Positions 4,433 through 12,053 of a DNA stretch of 12,053 bases are shown piece by piece (within the stretch, counting starts at the first letter, position 1; the number at the start of each line of letters is the position of its first letter). The position numbers and the translations under genes are program-made. This stretch comes from Fimbriimonadales bacterium. Its GTDB lineage: Bacteria; Armatimonadota; Fimbriimonadia; Fimbriimonadales; JABRVX01. The stretch spans positions 1 through 12,053 of the forward strand of contig BTVI01000066.1 in the NCBI GenBank assembly GCA_045862955.1, given 5' to 3'. Under the pieces are notes generated by a model. It had not been told where the DNA came from, made no database searches, and saw nothing but the letters and a program-made list of their open reading frames with translations.

Positions 4433-6969
4433 CGCGGAAGACCTACATCATCGTGGACGGCTACAGCCTGGTGTTCCGGGCATTTTTCGCCACGCAGCTG
4501 CTGACCACGAGTGATGGGCGGCCCACCAACGCCTTGTTCGGCCTTACGAACATGCTGCTCTCCCTACTGGACAAGGAGCACCCATACGGTATCGTAGTCG
4601 TTTTCGACGCGCCCGGAAAGACGTTTCGGCACGCCCAGTTCCCCGAGTATAAGGCGCATAGGAAGGAGGCGGACCCGGCGCTGAAGGAGCAGCTCCCAGT
4701 CTTGCGGGACCTGGTAGCTGCACTCGGAATCCCCTCCTTGGAGGTTCTCGGCTTCGAGGCGGACGACGTTGCGGGCACGCTCGCCAAGCGCGCGGCCGAG
4801 CAGGGCTTCCACGCGCTAATCGTCACTGGTGACAACGACCAGCTCCAGCTGGTGGACGACAACGTGACCGTGCGCATGACGATGCGGGGCATCAGCGATG
4901 TGGTGGACTTCACCCCCGAGTTGGTTCGCGAGCGCTTCGGCTTCGGTCCGGAGCGCATCCCCGACTACAAAGCGCTGCGAGGCGACCCGTCCGACAACAT
5001 CCCGGGCGTACCGGGGGTGGGAGAAAAGACGGCGACCTTGCTGATCCAGGAGTTCGGAACGGCAGAGCAGATCGCCGAACGCCTGGAAGAGGTGCCGCCA
5101 AAGTTTCGCTCCAAGCTGGAGGGCTCGCTGGACACGCTTCGGCTGGGGAAGGAGCTAACTACGATCGTGACTGATGCGCCGGTCGAATTCGACTTCCCCC
5201 CGTATCAGCCCGATCCAGCTGCACTAGAGCGTGCCAGGCAGTTCTTGGAGAGCCTGGAGTTTCGTTCCATCGTGCGTCGGCTGGAGCCGGTCCTGAGGAA
5301 GTACGTGCAAGGCGGGCCGGATGTAGCAGCCGTAGTGCATGAGGCGCCGCGGGTCGATGTGGATGTCAGGCCACTGGACGCAGCCGGCGAGACCTTGCTG
5401 CGTGCCCTGCCGGAGATTGGCTTGGAAGTGGGGGACGGCGGCGTTGCGCTGTCGGATGGTATGCAAGTGTGGCTTGCCGGCGGTGGCATTGAGTGGGTCG
5501 CGGAGCCGGGTGCTCCGGGGCTGCGGGTGCACAACGCACGTGGAGTGGCTTCGGGCCTCGGGCGCTTGGGGATCGGACGGCCGCGATTCGCGTTCGACAC
5601 GGAGTTGGCAGCGTACGTGCTGGCACCCGGGCGCGGCAGTTACTCTCTCGCGGATCTCGGACGAGACTATCTAGGTGGTATGGCGGAAGGTGCAGCCGGC
5701 GCAGCGCTAGCATGCTTCCGTCTGTGTGCACCGATGACTCAGCGCCTGACAGCCGAGGAGACTCTGTCGGTATTCCAGGAGCTCGAGATGCCACTGATTC
5801 CTGTGTTGCTGGACATGGAGGAAGCTGGTATCTGCGTGGACAGAGAGTACCTCTCGACCCTATCGTCTCACCTATCTCAGCGCATCGATGAACTGGCTCG
5901 CGAGGTGTATGCCGCGGCTGGCCGTCAATTCAACATCGGATCACCGAAGCAGTTAGCGCAGGTGCTTTTCGAGGAGCTAGGACTACCATCGGGTCGCAAG
6001 ACCAAGACGGGGCACTCGACAGACGCCGAAGTTCTAGGAGAGCTGGCCGCAGCACACCCCATCGCTAAGTTAGTGATTGATTGGCGCGAGGTGACAAAAC
6101 TGAAGTCCACCTATGCCGATGCACTGCCGAAGTTGGTGCAGGCCGACGGACGCATCCACACGACGTTCAATCAGACGGTGGCGGCAACTGGGCGGCTCTC
6201 GAGCATGGACCCGAACCTTCAGAACATACCGATAAAGACGGATTTGGGGCGCGAGATTCGCAGGGCATTCGTAGCACCGCCCGGCCACGTCCTTCTCTCC
6301 CTCGACTACTCGCAGATCGAGTTGCGCTTGCTGGCTCACATGTCCGAGGATCCCGTGCTGACGTCGGCGTTTCACGAGGGACTGGACATCCATGCAGCTA
6401 CCGCGCACAGCCTGTTCGGCACTCCCGAGAACGAAGTCTCACCGGAGCAGAGGCGCGTGGCGAAAATGGTCAACTACGCCGTGCTCTACGGCATGAGCGA
6501 CTTCGGTCTCGCGCAGTCGCTGCAGATCGGGGTGGGAGAGGCGCACGAAGTGATCGCGACCTACTTCCGCCAGTTCCCGGGCGTTCGGGCATTCACGGAG
6601 AGCATCGTAGAGCAGGCCCGCAGAGACGGCTATACGAAGACGCTCTTGGGTCGCAAGAGGTACTTCCCCGAGATTCGTAGCTCCAACCGGCAGGTGCGAC
6701 TGGCAGCAGAGCGCGCTGCCGTGAACGCGCCAATCCAGGGAAGCGCGGCAGACATGATCAAGATTGCCATGGTGAACTTGCACAAATCTGAAGCCCATGG
6801 GAGCGCCCGGCTCCTGCTGCAGGTGCATGACGAACTGGTCTTCGAGTGTCCGGAAACTGACGTCGCAGTCGCGGATTCGATTCGAGAAGTCATGGCTTCC
6901 GCGATGCCCTTGAAGGTTCCCATCGTGGTGGACAAGAAGGTCGGGCCGAACTGGAGGGACATGAGCTGA
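4417..6969 (+). CDS. polA: DNA polymerase I
   Basis: 5'-3' exonuclease motifs IVDGYSLVFRAFFA, FEADD and GDPSDNIPGVPGVGEKTA. Polymerase motifs ATGRLSSMDPNLQNIP, motif A DYSQIELRLLAH, motif B RRVAKMVNYAVLYG, NAPIQGSAAD and motif C LLQVHDELVFE. Confidence 0.98.
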   Translation: MSDKSTRKTYIIVDGYSLVFRAFFATQLLTTSDGRPTNALFGLTNMLLSLLDKEHPYGIVVVFDAPGKTFRHAQFPEYKAHRKEADPALKEQLPVLRDLVAALGIPSLEVLGFEADDVAGTLAKRAAEQGFHALIVTGDNDQLQLVDDNVTVRMTMRGISDVVDFTPELVRERFGFGPERIPDYKALRGDPSDNIPGVPGVGEKTATLLIQEFGTAEQIAERLEEVPPKFRSKLEGSLDTLRLGKELTTIVTDAPVEFDFPPYQPDPAALERARQFLESLEFRSIVRRLEPVLRKYVQGGPDVAAVVHEAPRVDVDVRPLDAAGETLLRALPEIGLEVGDGGVALSDGMQVWLAGGGIEWVAEPGAPGLRVHNARGVASGLGRLGIGRPRFAFDTELAAYVLAPGRGSYSLADLGRDYLGGMAEGAAGAALACFRLCAPMTQRLTAEETLSVFQELEMPLIPVLLDMEEAGICVDREYLSTLSSHLSQRIDELAREVYAAAGRQFNIGSPKQLAQVLFEELGLPSGRKTKTGHSTDAEVLGELAAAHPIAKLVIDWREVTKLKSTYADALPKLVQADGRIHTTFNQTVAATGRLSSMDPNLQNIPIKTDLGREIRRAFVAPPGHVLLSLDYSQIELRLLAHMSEDPVLTSAFHEGLDIHAATAHSLFGTPENEVSPEQRRVAKMVNYAVLYGMSDFGLAQSLQIGVGEAHEVIATYFRQFPGVRAFTESIVEQARRDGYTKTLLGRKRYFPEIRSSNRQVRLAAERAAVNAPIQGSAADMIKIAMVNLHKSEAHGSARLLLQVHDELVFECPETDVAVADSIREVMASAMPLKVPIVVDKKVGPNWRDMS

Positions 6970-7817
6970 TGGGAATGGAGCTAGACCGTCTCGTTCGGGA
7001 GGCATTCGCCGAGGACCTAGGGAGTGGGGATGTAACGACGAGCGCATGTGTTTCTCCCGGCACAGAGGGCAAGGGAGTGGTCAGTGCACAGGCCGAAGGC
7101 GTCTTGAGCGGTTTGGAAGTCGTGCACCCTCTCGTAGCGCTCGGGGCGTCGCTCTATGGAGAGGCGTGCCACGTGCGCCTGGAGCCGAACGTGTCGAATG
7201 GAACGCGGATATCTCCCGGGCAGCCCATCCTCGCGATAGAGGGCAGCCTACGAATCACGCTGTCCATCGAAAGGACCCTGCTCAACTTCCTCCAGCACCT
7301 GTCCGGGGTGGCAACCGAAACGGCTCGCTACGTCCGAGCGATCGAGGGAACGGGTGCGAAGATCGTGGACACGAGGAAAACCACACCCGGACTGCGCCAA
7401 CTGGAAAAGGCGGCCGTGCGCCATGGGGGCGGAGTGAACCACCGTTTTGGCCTGTATGACGGCGTCCTCATCAAGGACAATCACATTACGGCTGCCAACG
7501 GGATCACGGCTGCGGTTCGGGCGGCCAGGCGGTGCGTCCACCATCTCTTGCGAGTTCAGGTGGAGTGTGAGACACTGGAACAGGCCGAGGAGGCGGTTCG
7601 GGCTGGTGCAGACGCGCTTCTCCTCGATAACATGCAGATAGAGACCCTGCGCGAGGCTGCTGCGAAGTTCAAGGGCAAGGTGCTCCTCGAGGCGTCCGGT
7701 GGGATCACGCTCGCTAACGTGCGCGCGGTAGCCGAGACTGGCGTGGACATAATTTCCGTCGGGACGATCACGCACTCGGCCCCTGTGTTACCCATGCACT
7801 TAGAGATCATGCAGTAG
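6969..7817 (+). CDS. nadC: Nicotinate-nucleotide pyrophosphorylase (carboxylating), quinolinate phosphoribosyltransferase
   Basis: EDLGSGDVTT, ERTLLNFLQHLSGVAT, DTRKTTPGLR.LEK.AV..GGG.NHRFGLYD..LIKDNH, LLDNM, LEASGGIT, GVDIISVG.ITHS. The start overlaps the polA stop (TGATG), or could be the ATG two codons later. Confidence 0.97.
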   Translation: MGMELDRLVREAFAEDLGSGDVTTSACVSPGTEGKGVVSAQAEGVLSGLEVVHPLVALGASLYGEACHVRLEPNVSNGTRISPGQPILAIEGSLRITLSIERTLLNFLQHLSGVATETARYVRAIEGTGAKIVDTRKTTPGLRQLEKAAVRHGGGVNHRFGLYDGVLIKDNHITAANGITAAVRAARRCVHHLLRVQVECETLEQAEEAVRAGADALLLDNMQIETLREAAAKFKGKVLLEASGGITLANVRAVAETGVDIISVGTITHSAPVLPMHLEIMQ

Positions 7818-7851
7818 CGGCCCCCGATCCGGTACCCTGACTCGCAGTCAC

Positions 7852-9297
7852 ATGCCATACGATGACTACCAGCAGTTCCTGAAGCGCTTAGAGCAAGAAG
7901 GAGAGCTTCGGCGCACCTCCTACCCACTGGACCCTTACCTCGAGATCACCGAGGTGGCCGATAGGCTAGTCAAGTCCGGCGGCCCGGCCCTGCTCGTAGA
8001 ACGACCTAAAGGGCACGACATACCGCTCGCAATCAACACGATGGCGAGCGAGAAGCGGATGGCGTTAGCACTGGGTGTGTCCGACGTGCGAGAGATAGCC
8101 GACGAGCTGCGTGAAATACTCCGACCGGAACCACCACAGGGCCTAGTCGAGAAGCTCAAGATGCTTCCACGCCTCGGCATGCTCGCATCACTAACCCCTA
8201 AGACCGTGAAGGACGGAATCTGCCAGGAGGTAGTACTGACCGGTGGAGAGGTTGACCTCGGGGCGTTGCCTATCATGACATGTTGGCCCCAGGATGGCGG
8301 TCCATACATCACTCTTCCCCTCGTGTTTACCCACGATCCAGGCACTGGCAAGCGGAACGTGGGGATGTATCGCATGCAGGTGTTCGACCGTAACACCTGT
8401 GGCATGCACTGGCAGATACACAAGGTGGGAGCCGCCCATCATCAAGATGCCCAGCGGGCAGGCAAGCGAATCGAGGTAGCAGTAGCTCTGGGGGGCGACC
8501 CAGCATGCATCTTCTCCGCCATATCGCCTCTACCGCCCGCGATTGACGAGATGCTGTTCGCCGGGTTCCTGCGCAAGAAGGCGGTCGAGCTGGTTCGCTG
8601 CAAGACCGTGGACGTATCAGTACCTGCCAACTCGGAGATCGTGCTCGAAGGTTACGTGGACCCCCAGGAGCGACGGATAGAAGGCCCATTCGGCGACCAC
8701 ACGGGCTACTATAGCCTGGCGGAGGAGTACCCTGTCTTCCATGTCACCTGCATCACCCGCAGACGAAGCCCGGTATACCCTTCCACCATCGTAGGTGTGC
8801 CGCCCATGGAGGACGGGTGGATGGGTCAGGCGGTGGAGCGCATCTTCTTGCCTCTGGTACAGCTCACTCTGCCCGAGATCGTGGATATGCACTTACCGGT
8901 CCAGGGATGTTTCCACAACTTTGCCTTCGTCTCCATTCGCAAACGGTATCCAGGCCATGCATTCAAGGTGATGCATGCGTTGTGGGGTTTGGGCCAGCTT
9001 ATGTTCACCAAATTCGTGTTCGTGTTCGAGCACGATGTCAACGTACACGACCTGGACGAGGTGATCTGGCGCATCGGTGCGAACTGCGACCCCGGCCGCG
9101 ACGCGGCCATCGTCAAGGGGCCACTCGACGTGCTGGACCATGCGTCTCCCGAAGTTGGGCTCGGGGGCAAGATCGGGTTCGATTGCACGCACAAGTGGCC
9201 GGGCGAGGGGCCGGTCCGGAGATGGCCGGACGAGATACGGATGTTGGATTCGGTCCGCTCGAGCGTAGACTCGATTTGGAGCGAGTTGGGACTGTGA
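7852..9297 (+). CDS. ubiD: UbiD-family prFMN-dependent decarboxylase, likely the menaquinone (futalosine-pathway) biosynthesis type
   Basis: LEITEVADR..KSGGPALL, CWPQDGGPYITLP, RNVGMYRMQV, MHWQIHK, EIVLEGYV, EGPFGDHTGYY, SIRKRYPGHA.KVMHALWGLGQLMFTK, LDHAS...GGKIGFDCT.K. The family is secure; the substrate is inferred. Confidence 0.9.
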   Translation: MPYDDYQQFLKRLEQEGELRRTSYPLDPYLEITEVADRLVKSGGPALLVERPKGHDIPLAINTMASEKRMALALGVSDVREIADELREILRPEPPQGLVEKLKMLPRLGMLASLTPKTVKDGICQEVVLTGGEVDLGALPIMTCWPQDGGPYITLPLVFTHDPGTGKRNVGMYRMQVFDRNTCGMHWQIHKVGAAHHQDAQRAGKRIEVAVALGGDPACIFSAISPLPPAIDEMLFAGFLRKKAVELVRCKTVDVSVPANSEIVLEGYVDPQERRIEGPFGDHTGYYSLAEEYPVFHVTCITRRRSPVYPSTIVGVPPMEDGWMGQAVERIFLPLVQLTLPEIVDMHLPVQGCFHNFAFVSIRKRYPGHAFKVMHALWGLGQLMFTKFVFVFEHDVNVHDLDEVIWRIGANCDPGRDAAIVKGPLDVLDHASPEVGLGGKIGFDCTHKWPGEGPVRRWPDEIRMLDSVRSSVDSIWSELGL

Positions 9298-9321
9298 ACA
9301 TCGGCCCGAAGATTTCGTCTA
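9294..9321 (+). promoter_or_regulatory. Putative ECF sigma-factor promoter (GTGAAC-N16-CGTCTA)
   Basis: GTGAAC at 9294-9299, a 16-nt spacer, then CGTCTA at 9316-9321. This matches the AAC-N16-CGT architecture of ECF promoters and ends 39 nt before a start codon with a strong GGAGGT Shine-Dalgarno. Confidence 0.45.
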
Positions 9322-9360
9322 GTCCGTGCGGCAGTTCGTATACTCGCTGGAGGTGAGTTA

Positions 9361-10086
9361 ATGAAATTGATACGGTTGTTTGCGCTGGTCGGTGCAGCCG
9401 CCCTGATCGCGTGCACATTCGCTCAGGGTCCCGCCGTCCGACAGGGTCGCGGGCAATTCGGCGGCGGTCAGTTCGGCGGCGCAGCCCAGCTCCTGGGAAT
9501 GCTCAGGATGCCCGACGTCCAGGCGGAGTTGAAGCTCACGGAGGCACAGAAGGCCAAGCTCGAATCCCTTAGCGTTCGACCTGAGGCAGGCGCTGGTCCG
9601 CCCACTCAGGAAGAGCGTCAGGCCCGCATCGCGCAGATTGACAAGGAGATTCAGACTATTCTGGACAAAGCGCAGTACGAGCGTGCGAAGCAACTCTCGC
9701 TGCAGCTTCGCGGTCCAGAAGCGCTTGCCAGCGACCCCGAAGTGCAGAAGGCGCTCGGTCTGACCGAGGACCAGATCAAGAAGATCTCGGACACCGTGGC
9801 CCAGGTTCGGCAGTCGCACATGCAGCAGTTACGAGGCGGAGCGGGCGGCGAACAACCGACCCGTGAGCAGATAACAGCCCGTATGCAGGAGATGCGCAAG
9901 GAAATGGCCACGAAGGTCGAGGCTCTTCTGACCGCTGAGCAGAAAACCAAGTACCAGGCGATGAAGGGTAAGCCCTTCCAGTTTGCCAATCCGTGGGGCG
10001 GCTTTGGCGGCCGCCAGCCCGGTGGCGCCGGCGGGCGCGGTGGCCAGCCCGGCGGACCCCCCGGACGCGGTGAAGGCGGCTTCTGA
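9361..10086 (+). CDS. Secreted LTXXQ-motif (Spy/CpxP-like) helical protein with Gly-rich termini
   Basis: Signal peptide MKLIRLFALVGAAALIACTFA, motifs LKLTEAQ, LGLTEDQ and LLTAEQ, an internal two-fold repeat (PDVQAELKLTEAQKAKL / PEVQKALGLTEDQIKKI) and a G/P/R-rich tail. Shine-Dalgarno GGAGGT at 9349-9354. Confidence 0.8.
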   Translation: MKLIRLFALVGAAALIACTFAQGPAVRQGRGQFGGGQFGGAAQLLGMLRMPDVQAELKLTEAQKAKLESLSVRPEAGAGPPTQEERQARIAQIDKEIQTILDKAQYERAKQLSLQLRGPEALASDPEVQKALGLTEDQIKKISDTVAQVRQSHMQQLRGGAGGEQPTREQITARMQEMRKEMATKVEALLTAEQKTKYQAMKGKPFQFANPWGGFGGRQPGGAGGRGGQPGGPPGRGEGGF

Positions 10087-10113
10087 GTTCGACTGACAGC
10101 AACTCGATGCGCT

Positions 10114-10147
10114 CGGCGGGTGGGTCTTCCCACCCGCCGTTCTGTTT
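10114..10147 (+). terminator. Intrinsic terminator hairpin between convergent genes (possibly bidirectional)
   Basis: Perfect 11-bp stem CGGCGGGTGGG-TCTT-CCCACCCGCCG followed by TTCTGTTT, 27 nt after the stop at 10086 and just beyond the stop of the convergent gene. Confidence 0.8.
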
Positions 10148-10150
10148 CAG

Positions 10151-11575
10151 CTATCCTTTGGCGTCCACTCCCTTGGGTATTCCCCGCTCTAGATCGAGGA
10201 GCCACACGATCAGCGCCGCCACATACAGGCAGATCCAGGGAACCATGGGCGCGTAGTAGCGGCCGGATGCGTAGAACACGCACGTGAACGCCGTGAAGAG
10301 TGCGATGAACACCACTCCGAACCAGGGGAAGACGGGCGGATCCCCCACCGTCTCTCGCGCGGCACGCGGCAGGACGATGAGAGCTCCTAGGAACGCGCCG
10401 AAGAGCACCAGCCATGTCACGTGCGCCACCCGCCGAGCCCACTTTTGAGCCTGGAGCCACTCATCCCCGTAGCGAGCGAACTGATCCATGGAGTGGAAGG
10501 CTCCTCCGCCGTCCGCTCGATACATCAGCCACGCTTTCTTGAAGAATAGCGCGATCGTGCTGACAGGGTGTTCTGTGACGTAGCCTATCGCTGCACGGCG
10601 GCAGGCGCGGTCGATGCTCAGCTCGTTGAGCGTCTCGTGGGTGGTGCCCAGGAGCGCCGGGCCGTCCGGGTTCCACAGATACTTGTCAAAGCTGGTGGCG
10701 CAGGGGGTCCGGTATGGCTCGGGGACCATCTGAAAGGTGGCGTAGTCGCGTTGGAAGACCCCGCTTGCCACGGGGTTGTTGCCTATCACCAAGTTGAAAC
10801 CGCCACTTGTCGAGAGCGGCACGAGAGTCCCGAAAACGTGATAGTTCCTTACGGTCCAAGGCACTACTACTAGAGCCATGAGAACGCTTAGCACGCAAAA
10901 CTCGCGGAGTCGTGCACCCCAGCTCGAGTGTCGCCTGTCTTGGAGTACCCGGGCCAGCAGAACCACGAACGGCAGCGTCATGCCAACCGGTCGAACCGAT
11001 ACCGCGCACCCGAACAGTAGTCCGGCAAGCACCACCTTCGACCAGCGCGGGGGCTCATGCAGCACACAAAGGGTGCCTCCCAGAGCCAGAGCGACGAAGA
11101 GCGGCTCGGAAGCGAGCTGGGCGGACCAGAAGATGCTGTCAGGAAATAGCGCGTACCCACCCATCGCCAACCGACCGACGACCTCGCTGCGGAACGCAGT
11201 TTGCCCGATCTTTCGGACCAGGAGCAGGGTGACTAACACGAGGAGTAGGTTGGCGATCTTCCCGGCGGTGGGCGAAGGACCCGTTATCGAGAACACCCCA
11301 CCGAGGAAGAGGGGATAGCCGATGGGATACCACGCCGTAGGCATCCCGTTACGCGAATAGCCTTCTCCCTTCGCTATCGCGACTCCGGTCTTGTAGTACC
11401 ACGCGGCATCCTCCACCGGTTCGGCAGGCACTAAAACCATCCATGCAAGCCGCAGCAGAACCGCGACAGCGACTAACGCAGGAACGTAGTAGCGCGAGGA
11501 CAATGCGGATAGGAGCAAGGTCCTTGCGAAGCGGATTGCGCTGCTCCCCTGCGTTCGACCGTTTGCCTCGTTCAC
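10151..11575 (-). CDS. ArnT/PMT-like (GT-C fold) integral membrane glycosyltransferase
   Basis: Multiple hydrophobic segments. First-loop acidic motif PVEDAAWY, then AIAKGEGY, TAWYPIGYPLFLGGV, LASEPLF, GLLFGCAVSVRP, PWTVRNY..FG..VPLSTSGGFNL.IGNNP and a C-terminal RYYAP. GTG start. The donor and acceptor are unknown. Confidence 0.8.
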   Translation of the reverse strand: MNEANGRTQGSSAIRFARTLLLSALSSRYYVPALVAVAVLLRLAWMVLVPAEPVEDAAWYYKTGVAIAKGEGYSRNGMPTAWYPIGYPLFLGGVFSITGPSPTAGKIANLLLVLVTLLLVRKIGQTAFRSEVVGRLAMGGYALFPDSIFWSAQLASEPLFVALALGGTLCVLHEPPRWSKVVLAGLLFGCAVSVRPVGMTLPFVVLLARVLQDRRHSSWGARLREFCVLSVLMALVVVPWTVRNYHVFGTLVPLSTSGGFNLVIGNNPVASGVFQRDYATFQMVPEPYRTPCATSFDKYLWNPDGPALLGTTHETLNELSIDRACRRAAIGYVTEHPVSTIALFFKKAWLMYRADGGGAFHSMDQFARYGDEWLQAQKWARRVAHVTWLVLFGAFLGALIVLPRAARETVGDPPVFPWFGVVFIALFTAFTCVFYASGRYYAPMVPWICLYVAALIVWLLDLERGIPKGVDAKG

Positions 11576-12053
11576 GCCTCTATCACCTTCCCAGGGCAGC
11601 GCGGTACGTCTGCACGTCCCGTGTGCACCAAGACAGGCTGCTACTCCATTCGATTGGCAATTCTACACTCTGTGCAACTGCACGCCGCGGTCTTGTGGAG
11701 ACGTGGTGCCACTTCGGCGTGGCAGAAGGGTGCGGCTTGTTTGTCACGTGGCGGCGAGCGTCGAGGTGAACCCGCTTGGCGCGGCCGTCGGCAGAGGCTA
11801 TGTTTGCTCTTGCGCCTGCGCAAGCAAGGGGAACAGCGGCGCCGCCGAGGCCGCGACGATTACGATTACGACCAGCCGCTCGATGAGAGTGAAGGCGCGG
11901 GGCCACCCCCCCCGCCACCCGCCCGACGAGGCGAGTGCCGGGGGCACGGGCGCGCGTGCGGTCACGCGCGGCGCGCCGCAGCCGCTCGCCGGTGGCGCGC
12001 GCGGCCGCCAGCAGCCGCAGGTGCGTGACCGGGGTGCCTAACGACCCGGCGTC

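Noticed and set aside
11672..11732. Cobalamin riboswitch-like fragments (GCAACTG, GCCACT..GAAGG)
   Set aside because: The upstream AGGGAA/T-loop core and the downstream B12-box are missing, and no related gene is visible.
11583..12053. ORFs 11583-11918 (-), 11621-12028 (+) and 11703-12041 (+)
   Set aside because: Low-complexity Arg/Ala/Gly-rich translations without motifs. The minus frame is open to the window edge, so a gene tail cannot be fully excluded.

Overview
GC-rich bacterial chromosomal window, mostly housekeeping. The gene content and style suggest an Armatimonadota-like lineage, but that is a low-confidence impression. Left end (1-~950): a non-coding, hierarchical array of 27-bp REP-like palindromes in 83-bp units, arranged as two diverged super-blocks. 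Each block ends against the 3' end of a fliT-like gene, once the real gene and once a diverged ~57-bp remnant. Minus strand: tRNA-Leu(CAA), a long fliD, fliS and the fliT-like ORF. Plus strand: polA, nadC, a UbiD-family decarboxylase and a secreted LTXXQ (Spy/CpxP-like) protein with an ECF-type promoter motif. A strong hairpin terminator separates these from a convergent ArnT/PMT-type membrane glycosyltransferase. The last ~480 bp are GC-rich, hairpin-rich and apparently non-coding. I see no integrase, transposase, CRISPR array, retroelement or defence system, and no convincing novel multi-gene system. The most notable signals are the REP array with the duplicated gene end and a natural Tyr at the F762 (Taq F667) position of Pol I.
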